Shown here one piece after another: positions 1-13,074 of a stretch of 64,000 nt of DNA (position 1 is the first letter of the stretch; every line of letters begins with the position of its first letter). This stretch comes from Nemertoderma westbladi (Eukaryota > Animalia > Xenacoelomorpha): positions 1 to 64,000 of the forward strand of contig JAUCBJ010005089.1 of the NCBI GenBank assembly GCA_032718475.1, in the 5' to 3' direction. Made by a program: the position numbers and the translations under genes. The notes beneath the pieces were generated by a model, which worked only from the letters and a program-made list of their open reading frames with translations, did not search any database and was not told the DNA's origin.

Positions 1-96
1 ATGGGTGATAGGGAGTTGTGGCGGCGCAATTTTGTGGACAAGCCGGCACAGCATTTTTAAAAATGCAGCTGTAATGCAGCATGCCGATCCTAGTAG
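1..96 (+). mobile_element. 3' end of an RTE-clade LINE (ORF C-terminus, short 3' UTR, TAG tail)
   Basis: Bases 1-60 read MGDRELWRRNFVDKPAQHF*. The segment is nearly identical to the reverse complement of 49164-49262, the end of the RT ORF 49203-50396. Confidence 0.85.
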
Positions 97-2191
97 CCTG
101 GCTACTCCCTATCTTGTTTGGTTTACTTCCCACTCCCTATCTGCCCTGGCCCTGTGCTTGTTTCCCCCGAGATGTATTGGTATCTCTATCCAGCTGGCAG
201 TATATTGCCTTGTTCCCTTTGGTATGCAATATTGCGTTGGGCAATATTGCATATTGGATCGCAATTCGTAAATCACGATTCCCCATTTTCTCGCTGGGTG
301 GTGCAGCGGATTGAATCTGCTAACACTCCCCCCCATTTTATCTTCCTGGTGACAACATAGCATCAACCTTTAGTGCGCTCCATTCCGCTGGACTGCAATC
401 TAATATTGGATGTGGGGTGGTATATTCTTGGCTGGGGTCAGTTTTCCAGACTGGCCCCTCTGGGTCTGGTGTCACTACCCACCATTGGTACATCTGCGAG
501 CTAAGTTGTACCAAGGCATCTGGCGTCTCTATGTTAAATGATCGCCTTTCCTCCTAACTCAATTTTCCCTGGATATTATTATCCAATCTCGCCTCTACTT
601 TCTCACCTCGTTAGACCCATGGGACTCACCCTCCACACAGCTCGCTGCCCACACTTTGAATTTCGCGCTCTATTCTCCTTCCTTGATCTTCATTACTCGC
701 CACATTTCTTACTCTACCCTTCCCTATTCTCACTCTCCTACTCCTGTCAGTCCTCACAATCTCACACATGTGCACACATATGAAAAGTGAGTCCTTTGTC
801 TTGTCCTCCTGTTCCAGTCAAATAGTCCCAAGTCCCAGTAGCTAATTGGAAACGGTTACTACATCTAACTATATAGTAAGTACATTGTATTTATCTTTGG
901 GATATGTCAGTATGTATACTTTCATACTATAGAATAATGTGTATTATTTTGCATTGGTGTATTATCAGATTATTGTATTTGTCTGTTTGTATTATTATAT
1001 ATATTATAGTTATATTATAGGCCTATTTATTCACAGCCATTACCATCTGACCATAGTATTGTATTACAGTCAATTTCAATTTGAGTGTGACAGTACAGTC
1101 TGGGAAATTAGCCCAATAGGGAAATCACAAATTTCCCTATAGGGAAATTATACAATATCTTGATTTTTATTTATTCTTTTTATTTTATTAGACCTTAAAT
1201 TTCCTGTTTTACTGTTAATAATAATGAATAATATTAAGTGCTATGCTGCTATGATTCAAAATATATCAGCTAATATTATTGAATTTTAAAATATCGCATT
1301 TGAGGTACCTGATTTTAGATTCTTACTGTCTTAGGTTATTTCTAAAAGTAGTAGAAGTGCATCAAAACTGGTACATACATAATATACATATACATATGTA
1401 ATTGTAATTTTAATTTTTACTTGTTTCATTTATCGAGTTAATATTTCACTGATAATTGATAATAGGCCTAATATTCTTGTTTATACATTAGTGTTCTCAG
1501 TTCTGGTGTTCCCGGAAGAGACACTGGACGATTTTTTGATTAATTTCCTATTAATGTTAAATGTTTAATATGGTTTATTGAATAAATAAAGGAAATCATT
1601 GTTTTTATTAGAAAATCTTTACAGTAGTTGTAAACTGATCATTTCCCTAAATAGGATAACCAACCTATTGATACACACTAACGACTAACCTAAACTACAA
1701 AGTACAAACATTTACTTTTAATCAGAGTTTGTTTATTTCCATCAAAAAATCCCATCAGCCCCTCCTGTTTTGCTTACAATATTATTCCTTCATCCTTTAT
1801 GGCCATTCCTTTGCACACACTTGGAAGACATCCACACCCAGTGGAAGACATTTACTAAATATTTCATAATAATAGTCTCAAAGAGTAATGTCAGAATGTG
1901 TTACATTAACCAATGTCATGCTCTCTACTTGCTCATAAATATAGGTAAAACCTTAATTCATAAATAGAGGTAAATTCATTCGCTTTTAATGATATGGATA
2001 ATGATACCTCAAATCCGCCCTGCCCCATGGTACTGAGGGGATACCAGTAATAATGATGTAATACTAGTACTAGGACTAGGTACTGGTAGTGTACGGTATT
2101 TAAAAATTAGAAGTTTTTCCTTTTCAAAAAGGATATGTGCATGCCGAAACGGGCAAGGAAATAACTATGTACTTCAGTACTTGCCAATACG

Positions 2192-2817
2192 GGCAAGGTA
2201 GATATTGTACTTGCAAATACGGGCAGGGTAAATAAATATATGTACTTGACAAAACTGGTAAGGTATAGTAGTATACATACATACATATACAGTGTACAGT
2301 ACTGCTGTACTGAGGACTTTGTCAAAATGGACAAAGATAAATTAATCATTTGCTCCAGGTGTGATATGTTATTTTATTAATATCGCCAGAATAACAATAA
2401 AATATCCATTTTGCACATGTACTGTGGATTAAAATAAAATGAACACATATCTGGAAAGGTACGTTAATTAGCGTATGTATGTACTATTGTAATAAAAATA
2501 CGGATATAATGGTATTCAAGATTCAAGTAAAATTAGTAAAATAATTAAAATTATAGTTTATTTACAGTACTTACAGTTGTTGGTGTATATTAATTATTAA
2601 ATGAAAATGAAATTACATTCAAATTAAATTAAATAAAAACCGGCAAAGCATAGTTAGGTTAAAGTAAAAATAATTAAAATGCACAGGGCTTCTACAACAT
2701 GAACATACAGTATTAAAGGCAAACATACAGTATAAATAAGGGACAAGTTTACAATACCTACTCCAGTACTCTATAGGATACAACACAAAAATAAGTAGTT
2801 ATAAGCAACATAAATTT
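2192..2817 (+). repeat. Left arm of a 626-bp near-perfect inverted duplication (partner 7477-8102)
   Basis: GGCAAGGTAGATATTG...GCAACATAAATTT recurs as its reverse complement at 7477-8102 with only about 1-2 mismatches by eye. Confidence 0.95.
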
Positions 2818-3089
2818 GGTACCGTAGGTATGTCGCATAAGTAAAATATTACTGGTGAAATAAAACGTGCAAAGTAAAGTAACGACAAAAGATAGGACAA
2901 CAATTAAACATAAAAAAAAACGCTATTCTAAAATTTAACACAATAAAATGTTTTTTAGGATTGAGAAAATGAAACTAATAGGTACTGTACTGTAGCTAAA
3001 ATTTAATAAAGATATCGCTTTCGCTACTGCAACTTAGTGCACATGAGTATCACTACTGTATATATATTCATTTTAAGGGACATTTTGCA

Positions 3090-3352
3090 ACCTAGTCTAT
3101 TATTGAACGTGTTCAAGCTTGGAGTATAGGGTATTACATGCATTAACATTTAACAACACTGAGGCAAAAGATTCCAAATGTTTACAACCCTTTCTGTGAA
3201 GTTGTTGCATCTCCGTTGAATTCTACAGTTCGATCTATTGTACAACACCAATGAAGAACCTCGTGTTGAGTATTGGTGGAGTTCGAAACGAAACTGGAAG
3301 AAATCACTTCGCTCAATATTGTCAATCCCGTGGATAAACTTGTATGTTGTAT
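3090..3352 (-). mobile_element. Old CR1-type LINE 3' fragment
   Basis: The minus strand reads TYKFIHGIDNIERSDFF...STRG...RRCNNFTERVVNIWNLLP, the typical CR1 ORF2 C-terminus. Confidence 0.7.
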
Positions 3353-3468
3353 GTTATCGTATAATAATAATAATAATAATAATAGAATTTACAAGAGCTG
3401 TGTGCACTTGATGAGTGTGAACCCGTAAACAAAATACGTAGTCCTACAATAGAGTTTGTTAGTAGAGT

Positions 3469-6430
3469 TTAGTGGTAAAAACGTTGGAGATCGGGCTTTA
3501 CAGGAAGGCAGTTGGAGCAAGAGCAGGCGAGTATCCAGGTGCAGGGTGAGTGTTCGTTGTATTTGGTCATTAAAAAGTTCCAGAATAGTAGCGACAGACG
3601 TTGTTTGATTCCGACAGGGTTGAGAAAGTTTATTGTTGCAGGCAGGTGGTTGGCTAGTCGTTGCGAGCGGTACCAGAAATTATGGGTCGATGAAGAGTGG
3701 CGAAGTAAGGGTAGAATGAACAGCTGCGGGAGGCGGGTCGAGGTGCGGGTTGTACTGCTGGAAGATAGTTTAATGTAAGGCTGCCAGTTGAATTCGTACT
3801 TCTTGTGGAGAATAGCTGATAATAGAAGGAGGTCGTGCAGTTGTAGATATAGTGATAGCAGCAGTAGTTTGAGTGCGGAAAGACGTTCTTTGTATGTTTG
3901 AGAGGAATTGAGGATCCATCTTGTTAAACGATGTTGTAACTGCTCTATTGTGAGAGTGTCCTTGTGGTTGGCGTACCAGCATTGTGATGCGTAGGTTGTG
4001 ATTGGGACTATTAGAGTTTTGTAAGCGTCTAGCTTTGCAGATGTTGATAACTGTGCTGACGAACAGCGCTTCAATGTATGGAGCATTCCGGTAGCCTTTC
4101 TAATACGTTCGCTGATATGGTGCGACCATGAGAGACTTTTGTTTATGGTTAAGCCGAGGTCCTTCTCCTCGACCGCCCTAGTTATTGTGAATCCGGATAA
4201 GGTACGGTGTGGTGGTGAGCCTCGAAAAATCAGTTGCCTGCATTTCTCGCTGCTGAATGCCATGGAATTGTTTTCGGCATAGAGACTGAAAGCCGGTCTA
4301 GATCAAGCTGGAGTGGAATTGGATCGGCAATAGTGTTCAAGAGTTTGGTGTCGTCAGCAAAGAGATAACCTTCAGCGGACTCGATACAGATTGGTAGGTC
4401 ATTGTCGTAAACAAGAAAGAGCAGGACTGCAAGTAGTGAACCCTGGGGTACACTGCTGTCAACACTGAGCTCGCCTGAGTAGTGGCCATCGACACGAGTG
4501 AACTGTCTGCGGTTTGTTAGGTAGCTCTTTATAATTGCGTGTAGGTGACCACGCACACCAGTATCCCAGAGTTTCTGTAGTAAAATGTTGCGGTTGACCC
4601 TATCGAAGGCCTTGGAGAAGTCGAGGTAGATGGCCTCAACTACTTTGTAGCCATCTTCGATCCCCTGGTAGATGCGATCCAGAAATTGGATTAACTGGAT
4701 TGTTGTTGAGCGTCTATGTCGGAAGCCATGTTGTTGGTTGCAAAGAAGTGGTTTGATGTGTTTGTAGAGTGCAATGTATATGAGTTTTTCAAAGACTTTG
4801 GAAACGCAGCAAAGAAGTGCTACTTGTCTGTAATTCTCGACTGAAGATTTCTTTTCTTTTTGTATACGGGGGACACCATGGCCAGCTTCCATCGCGCTGG
4901 AAAAGTGTCAAGTTCCCTGCATGCGGAAAATACCTGAAACAGTGATATGGAGATTTCTTTAGATAGGTTCTTGAAGACACATGGTGGCATATTATCAGGC
5001 CCGCGGGATTTGTTGATGTCTAGTTTGTCAAGAACAAGTGATATAGCTGTTGTTGATAACTCGTATGTTTCGGTGATATGTTCTGGAGGGGGTGTTGGAG
5101 CTGTCTGCTGTGGGTTTAATGTTTGTCGATCAGTGGTGTCGCTGAAAAGTGACTGAAAGTATTCGTTAAATAATTGAGCTTTCTCTGCTGATGATGTTGC
5201 TGATTTGGTGTTCCAGAATATTGTCGTTGGGATGCTGTTTGACTGTCTAATAGATTTGAGATACTTAAAGGCTCGTCCAAAGTTGCCTGATCCGAATATT
5301 GTAGATTCGTAGTTTGCCTGGTCGGATTCTAGGTTTGATTGGACACTGGTTTCGGCATTGCTTATTTTTGAATGCAGGTTGGTGGAGGGCAATTTAGAGT
5401 TTGATATGCGTGATCGAAGGGTGTTTAGTCTTTTTATTAGGTTAGAAGTTGCTGGTGTGACCCATGGTGGTAAGGATTGACGGTGTCTTGTTCTTTTCGG
5501 GATTGTTGCTTTCAATATGTTCTCAATCCAAGTGTACCAATCGTCTAAAATTTTGTCGGCTGTTGCTGTAGGTTGCGGGGTTTGAAAAGGGTGTTCTAGA
5601 ATAGTTCTACCAAGCTTGGTGAAATCCGCCCGTGAATAACTTAGGCAGTCAGGGTGTTTTCTACTGGGTGTTTGGCTTAAATTTAGGTCTAGGGTAACCT
5701 TGACAGGGCGGTGATCGGATAGAAAGGTGCTGTTTCTGGTGAAAAGAGGTACCATGCTGCTGTCGGGTTCGGTGGAGACTATAGTTGTTGTAGAAGAACA
5801 TACAAGTAAGTCCAAAATATTAGAGCCGCGTGTTGGAAAATCAATAGTTTGAGTGAGGTTGGATCTATCGATAATATCAATTAAGCACTGTTCATATGTG
5901 TCAGAGGAGGTTAGAGTGGACCTGTTGGCAGTGGGGAGATTTATGTCGCCGGTAATAAGTATATCAGAACTATTGTTGTCGACTTTTGCTTGCTGTAAAG
6001 CAGTGATTAGCCTGGAGAATTCTAGGGTGGACCAACGGTAATTACTCTTGTCGGGTGGGTTGTACATGGTAGCGATTATAATGTTTGTGTAAACGCCTGT
6101 TATGGAAACAGCTACTGCAGCGCATAGAGGAATAGTTTCGGTCTAGAGTTGCCAGGTCGATTTCTTTGTGTGGGATGGAAGTACGGACAGCTAAAAGAAC
6201 GCCGCCGTGACTGGATTGCCCACCAGTTGCAGGGTTGCACTAGCCACAGTAGAGGGAGTAGGCTGGGAGGTGGAGCTCTCCGTCGGGGATGTGGTTTACG
6301 AGCCAGGTTTCGGTTAAGCTAATGATATCGTACTGAAGGGTGGATATACAGTTTGAGAACAATATTCGTTTATCACGGTTAAGTAAACTGCGTACATTGA
6401 AGATTAGCATATTCTTAAAGGGGCTGCTTT
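3469..6430 (-). pseudogene. LINE ORF2 (endonuclease plus reverse transcriptase), broken by frameshifts
   Basis: ORFs 4820-6067, 4230-4892 and 3469-4263 carry successive EN, RT and C-terminal motifs in different frames. The EN N-terminus lies at about 6070-6420. Confidence 0.9.
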
Positions 6431-6506
6431 TGTCGAGTTTTGTGAGTCAATCGACTCTGTCCGCCACGGGTGCAGTAGAGTTGGTAATAGGATGCACAGC
6501 GGTTGG

Positions 6507-7370
6507 CTAGTTGTCGCTTCCGTGTGGGGTTGGTGGCTGCTCAGAAGTGTCACGTGGTCTGGTACCGAGACTGCCGTACATTGACTTGGGTTGTAGACCC
6601 AGAGATAAACGTTCGGCTGCGTTGAGTGTGTAGTTTCTGATAGTGATTCCCTCAGGCCAAGCCTCCGGGTTCATAATGGCTGATCTGTTATCTTGGCTGC
6701 ACATGATTTGAAACGACTGGTAGGGTGAATTGGGGCGTGGTGGGACAGTTAGTACATCGTCAAAACATAAGCCTTCATCGCTGAGATATTTTCGAATGTC
6801 ATCTGATGTGAAAACGGGATTGAGTCGACCGATATGGATGTGAGCCATTTGTGTTCGAGGTGGTCGTTGTGGTGCAGTTGTGGCGTGTAGAGTTGAGGTC
6901 ATACGGGTTCCCCGGACAATGGTTGGAGCACGGCGCGGTGTCCATCTTGCAGGGATGGTAGCCCCGGGCTCTCTGTCGGGTAAAACATTGGAGGGATGTA
7001 CTGGGCGGTTGAACCGTACCGGATGAGGTGGAGTTGCGATATTATGACTTAGCGTGTGTTGGGTCGACGTCGAATGTGGATGTAATCCTTGGTGCTGCTG
7101 CTGGGTTGCTGGCGCGACATTGATGGAGCGGGTAGAGACAGATTGGTTGAGTGTTTGCACTGATTTTGAAATCGATTCTTTGATCGGTAGCAGTTCCTTT
7201 GTAATTGTTGAGGCTACACTGAGGGATATCGTGGTTTCGATGTTGCTTAGTTTGGACAGGGCCTCTCGGACAAGTCGTTGGAGGTCCACCTTGGTAGCAG
7301 AGTTGAGTTTTGTAGTAAGCTCGACGTCGCTAAGGTGTGTCAACTCGTTGATTTCGCCGGAGAAAACCAT
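6507..7370 (-). CDS. LINE ORF1 protein (coiled coil plus RRM-like C-terminal domain)
   Basis: Intact 287-aa ORF directly upstream of ORF2, with HIHIGRLNPVFTSDDIRKYL...SFQI...WPEGITIR as in CR1/L2 ORF1p. Confidence 0.75.
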   Translation of the reverse strand: MVFSGEINELTHLSDVELTTKLNSATKVDLQRLVREALSKLSNIETTISLSVASTITKELLPIKESISKSVQTLNQSVSTRSINVAPATQQQHQGLHPHSTSTQHTLSHNIATPPHPVRFNRPVHPSNVLPDREPGATIPARWTPRRAPTIVRGTRMTSTLHATTAPQRPPRTQMAHIHIGRLNPVFTSDDIRKYLSDEGLCFDDVLTVPPRPNSPYQSFQIMCSQDNRSAIMNPEAWPEGITIRNYTLNAAERLSLGLQPKSMYGSLGTRPRDTSEQPPTPHGSDN

Positions 7371-7476
7371 CTTAGTAGATATGACGGTAATAAGTTAACA
7401 CTGTACTGAGTCTACAGTCTGTATGTAGTATAAACACTATAGGGTTATGTGTCATTGTGTTTGTGTTTTGATTTAA

Positions 7477-8102
7477 AAATTTATGTTGCTTATAACTACT
7501 TATTTTTGTGTTGTATCCTATAGAGTACTGGAGTAGGTATTGTAAACTTGTCCCTTATTTATACTGTATGTTTGCCTTTAATACTGTATGTTCATGTTGT
7601 AGAAGCCCTGTGCATTTTAATTATTTTTACTTTAACCTAACTATGCTTTGCCGGTTTTTATTTAATTTAATTTGAATGTAATTTCATTTTCATTTAATAA
7701 TTAATATACACCAACAACTGTAAGTACTGTAAATAAACTATAATTTTAATTATTTTACTAATTTTACTTGAATCTTGAATACCATTATATCCGTATTTTT
7801 ATTACAATAGTACATACATACGCTAATTAACGTACCTTTCCAGATATGTGTTCATTTTATTTTAATCCACAGTACATGTGCAAAATGGATATTTTATTGT
7901 TATTCTGGCGATATTAATAAAATAACATATCACACCTGGAGCAAATGATTAATTTATCTTTGTCCATTTTGACAAAGTCCTCAGTACAGCAGTACTGTAC
8001 ACTGTATATGTATGTATGTATACTACTATACCTTACCCGTTTTGTCAAGTACATATATTTATTTACCCTGCCCGTATTTGCAAGTACAATATCTACCTTG
8101 CC
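7477..8102 (-). repeat. Right arm of the inverted duplication of 2192-2817
   Basis: Reverse complement of 2192-2817. Confidence 0.95.
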
Positions 8103-8314
8103 GGATGTAGGACAATTCGGTCCCGGACAATTCGGTCCCGGACAATTCGGTCCGGACAATTCGGTCCCGGACAATTCGGTCCCGGACAATTCGGTCCCAA
8201 AACACTAAATAAATGGGACCGAATTGTCCGGGACCGAATTGTCCGGGACCGAATTGTCCTAGGACCGAATTGTCCTAGGACCGAATTGTCCGGGACCGAA
8301 TTGTCCTACATCCG
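8102..8314. mobile_element. Foldback MITE with arms made of 15-bp tandem repeats (GGACAATTCGGTCCC)
   Basis: CGGATGTAGGACAATTCGG...CCGAATTGTCCTACATCCG, about 6 units per arm around a short AT spacer. Confidence 0.85.
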
Positions 8315-8431
8315 GCAAGGTAGATATTGTACTTGCAAATACGGGCAGGGTAAATAAATATATGTACTTGACAAAACGGGTAAGGTATAGTAGTATACAT
8401 AGTATTCAATGTCCTATTTAAATATTTATTT

Positions 8432-11283
8432 TTAATTTACAAACTTGTAATTTCTTGAGATGGTGCTGAATTCCCGGAATTCCGCGCTTCTCTGTCGCTT
8501 CACTATCCATTCCTTATTTATTTCTTTAAATATCCTCAAGTAGGATAGTGGCGACCACACCTCTCTCCCTTTGAACCTACTCTCTATTTGGGAATGGATG
8601 TTATCCACTTCCTGGACGAGTCCGTGGCCAACTATGCTGTAGTGGATGGACACGGTTTGTAATTGTGTTTGTTGTTGCAGCCACCACTTTACCGCCATGG
8701 TAAGGTAGCTGTTCCTATTTTGCGGAACGCAGCCATCCATCCACACAGTCAATTCTTCCGTGGCTGGTGGTATAATCTTAACGGTTTCGTCCAGGATGGA
8801 TACCAGGGCACTGGCGATATCATCGCCAGCCCTTCCTCCCGTATCTTCAGTCCATAAGATATTTATTGCTGTTTTTTTGTTTGCGGTTTTGAGGTGACCG
8901 GTTAGGTTAAATTGTTTTAGTTTATGCTGGTAGAAGGTACTTCCCGCATGTGCCATGGGGATTGACTTTACGTTTTCGAAATCCACCGACAACACACATT
9001 TTGCAGATGCCCGATGTTCGTCGCGGATTATCTTTGCGGCCTCTTTCATCGCTATGTGTTTGTTGTATTTCTAGGAGTATAAATATTGCATAATTTAGTA
9101 ATAATTTTCAATTCTGTGATATTTTATTATTTTATTTTGAAATAATCATAATTTAATTTGTTAATTTATTTAACTTTTTTCCGCCAAATGTTTTGGTTAT
9201 TATCATCAATATTCTAAATCCATTTTTTTGCCTTGAATGTGTATTGTGTTTGTGTTAAGGTTTATTAGTTATAGGGATGTCCCTGAATTCCGTTCCGTCC
9301 GGAATTCGGGCGGTTTTTGCTAGATTCTGGTTCCGGCATGAACTTTACCGGAATTACCAGTTTACTAACTAGTTTAATAGTTTAAATTAGTTTTTGAAAT
9401 TATACATTATTAAATAATACATTTTTGGTCTACGTTGGTTTTTAGGTATGAGCCCAAAAAACCTAATTTTGGCCAAGGTTATGGGTTTTTGTAAAAAAGT
9501 AAATTCGAATTCACTGTCGTTTAAAACCTAAAATTTTCCTAAAATTTGATGGGCTATCCACCACCGCAAACGCCCAAAACATAGCGTAGCAAAACATATA
9601 TAACAAAAAAATATGTTAGTTTTCGAGTGTTTCCATTCTGGCACTCATCTCCAGTAATTTTCGCGCGAAAATTGTTTCAAAAGTTTCAATTGCTCAATAA
9701 AATTAATTTATTTGCGGTATATAGCGGTTTTTTTAGATGCTGATCATGATTATAGAACTCAAATATAACATTCGAGAATATTTATATATAGTAATTTTGA
9801 ATGTGCCCCCGGGGCACGAAAAAGACAAATAGTGCAAATATGATAGTGAAAAATCACCATAAAACAAACTAATTTTATGACATTAGGGGCTTTCCCCTTA
9901 ATAAAAATAGACCTGGCCAGATAGGGTTAAGTCCCCCAAGTACCCCCTCCTCCCCCAGCCTCATTATCAATTTCTCCTTATGGGCCAGGCCACTCTCATA
10001 CCAAAACTTCACCCCAAGGTACAGATTGATCTCTTTAGTAAACTTGGCTTTATAAATTTAAAAATACGTATATTTCACAACAATTTATAAAGGGTAGGCC
10101 TAATGGCCAGGCCATGTAGTGTATTTCACTAACTACATAAAAATTCCGGTTCCGGCCGGAATATTCCGGCATATTGAATTCTGGTTCCCGCCGGAATCAA
10201 AATATCGATTCCGGGACATCCCTAATTAGTTCAGAAAATAATTAGAGGATATTTAATAATTTTAAACTGTTTTTTTAATTTAGATACAACTAAAAATCAT
10301 TTATTATTGTATTTAATTTAATAATTAATTATTATTAATTAAATTTTAATTAACTTACATTTTCGAATTCTTCATCAACATCATTTTCGTTGTGTCGAAT
10401 CTTATGTTCCTCACATAAGTCGCACATATCTTTCCGCGGGGAATGAAACGAAATGTTGAATTCGGTATTGAATATGTTAGAATACATATTGCTGCGGGCA
10501 ATCTCCTCTGGGGCCGACTCTATATACAGTTGGTACAACCTAGATGGATTCAGGTGAGCTGGTAGATATTTCCGACGACTTGTTGCCCGACAATAGTGGG
10601 AATCTACCGTCGCTAGCGAACGTATGTGGGCTCGAACTCCTTCCTTCATTGTATCGGAAACACGGTGGTTTCCTCCACGACGCCGATCGCCAGTTCCAGC
10701 ACCACAATTCTTATTCTTGTGGGCGGTGTATACCCGTGAAGCATTAATATCTAGAGTCGACAAAAAGAAATCTTTGCAGACTCTACTTCGACGATCTCCA
10801 TCTGGCATCTGGAGGAAGTATGAGAAGGATGATTTCTTCTTTTTGTCGCCGGTGGTCCTTCGTCTTTCTATTTGGCTTTGCGTGGTGTTTGCCAACAGCC
10901 AATTCATTTTCGCGGTGTGGTTCGGGGTATTGTAAAATGAATTGTGGATAGACTGGCGATCTGTATACGAGTAGCGCCTGGAACATCCGAACTGGCAGTT
11001 GTTGTCGCAGTTCTTCACAGTTCTCACCTGTTTGGATTCTCCTCCATTTACCGCGGCTTTTTTTCTATTTTTTTTCCATTGGGATGGTTTGGGCGTTGGT
11101 TTTATTACTTGCTGTGGCTGTCTCTTGGGTTGATGTTTCTTGTAGGTGGTGGGTTTTAGAGTGTCATCAATGGTTGTGGTCTTTTCAGCTAGGGAGTACG
11201 ATGTTGATGGGTTTGCTGACATAAGTTGGGAGTTGATCCCCACATCGAGCTCCAGCATATATGTTATGTCATCCATCTCCAAA
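8432..11283 (-). mobile_element. Spliced Sola1-like DDD transposase (exons 10359-11283 and 8432-9070), probably C-terminally truncated
   Basis: Motifs VCKDFFLSTL, SHYCR, PRKDMCDLC, DFENV, FYQHKL, WTE..GGR, DGC.PQNRN and GH...EVDNIH. A phase-0 GTAAGT donor at 10358 and an AG acceptor at 9071-9072 join ...EEFEN|KYNKHIAMKEAA in frame. Confidence 0.75.
9272..10224. mobile_element. Non-autonomous hAT element in the transposase intron
   Basis: TIRs TAGGGATGTCCC/GGGACATCCCTA, 8-bp TSD ATTAGTTA/ATTAGTTC and CCGGAAT subterminal repeats. Confidence 0.85.
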
Positions 11284-11414
11284 CTGTAAAAAATGTATTA
11301 ATATTAATTGTTTATTATTATGTTGTTATTATTTTATTACTATTAATAGTTGATTTACTTGTTATAATACTAATTGTTTATTATTATGAAGCATGTCATG
11401 ATAACAATATTATT

Positions 11415-11627
11415 GGGTAGGTGTAAAACGCGGATCCGGATTCCAAAATTATCAATTAAGAGAAAGGATCAGGTTACAGTGGCACGTTATTATAACCAAA
11501 ACAATAAACTAAAGTCAATAGAACAGGATATAGTTTTATTTTTGGGAGTTATAAAAATGTAAAAAAAATCGACTTCCGTAGGGACAATGTTAAATGTAGA
11601 ATCCGGATCCGCGTTTTACTCTGACCC
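11415..11627. mobile_element. Mutator-type MITE
   Basis: About 28-bp TIRs (GGGTAGGTGTAAAACGCGGATCCGGATTC and its imperfect inverse) with a perfect 9-bp TSD AATATTATT at 11406-11414 and 11628-11636. Confidence 0.85.
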
Positions 11628-13074
11628 AATATTATTTACATATTTGTGTGAATAAGTACCATATTACAGCGTTATGAGTTATGACCCGATTATATAATAT
11701 GTACCGAGCAAGTGTAATAGGGGAGGTTTTCATAAATAAAAAAAAGTCTTAAACGCTGAATGAATGCTCTTTTCATACAATTATTAGCGTATTTTTGAAA
11801 CTATGTCCATTTATCATTGTTCTGAACGCTTAAAATTGTAATGCTTTGTGGGTATGTAGTTCTATTCCAAAATTTTTAACATTGCAAAACGATTGCTGAT
11901 GAATAATAGTCCGAAAGTTGTTTAAAAAAAAAAGAAACATTTTTGACTTTCTGAAGTTTTATAGGAATTAGTTTAAGTAGAAAAATGGACCAAACATTGA
12001 GAAAAATATGCGTAAATAAATTTTCTCATTTAACATTATAATGTGCTACAACAACAAACTCAGGCGAATAAGCTTTTTGGAATAAGCATCTTTAATCGTA
12101 TTATAGCTTTTGGTCTAAATCGGTATAGGTCCTTAACTTACAATGAATAATATTTAATTAATTGTTGAGTGGTGAATTACTTATAATTAATTGTCAGTTT
12201 AGGTCCTGGAGCATGGGTCCAGTAGCTATAGGTCCAAGTGCTGTAAATGGCACAAAAGACGCCATCTTACGTCGGCATTGAGTCATTTTCATTGCGATAT
12301 TGAAATATATTGTGCCATACAAATACTGTATGTCAACAAAAGTGTCGGACGTTACAATTGGATACAGGTAGCTTTTAATGCTTATTGTACGAGAAGTATT
12401 TATTCTATTGGAATGTACAGTTACGGCTGATTACAATGATACCAAGGATAGCCTATATGGATAAACAGTAAAAAATATTTCGCCTTGAATTTTGGTATTA
12501 ATTGTTTTTACCTAGTCTTGATGATGGTCGATATAATGCAAATGTAGATTTTGACAAATTCGAAAAATGTATGAAATTTTACCCATTAAATCATCACATG
12601 TTACATATTTTTTAAAGTTTTATTTTTTTCATGTGTCCAATTCTCTGTGGAAATACCCATACACAAACTAGCACACTTTAAACCAACGAAAAGATTTTTA
12701 TACTGTAGGTATACTCATAGAATATGTTGTAATATTACCGATAAATTTATAAAGATCATTATCTCCTTAATATTTAATGTTCATACAGTACAAATTGTAT
12801 TTTAGTTTAAACAATTAATAGTTAATTAGCCGTAACGTAATTAAAAATTCAGTTTTTAGATTATCAGGCATTCGGAAAGATAATTAATTAAAACAATTAT
12901 GCTTACGAGATTGATTTCGATGACGATGATTACAGTTTACCAACCGTCCTGAACATGAAAATCGATCCATTGGAATGTCTGACAAGCTTGGCGAATCTTT
13001 TGGCGAATACTCTCTTCAAAGGTTGAAGACTTCTTGGCAACATCCTTCAACAGCTTTTACTTACTAAATTGAAA

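Larger units (their letters stand above)
3361..7440 (-). mobile_element. Near full-length CR1/L2-group LINE (ORF1 plus frameshifted APE-RT ORF2, (TTA)n tail)
   Basis: ORF1 at 6507-7370. APE motifs NVRSL, LTETWL, GDIN, LDL and SDH. RT motifs DFSKAFD, VPQGS and FADD. Cys-rich C-terminus. Microsatellite tail at 3361-3383. The 5' end is approximate and no TSD was found. Confidence 0.9.

Noticed and set aside
7914-8357. ORFs with GPNCP/GQFGP repeats
   Set aside because: They are translations of the MITE's 15-bp repeats.
12370-13060. Decayed coding exons
   Set aside because: They are short and stop-interrupted with no motif, and cannot be supported.
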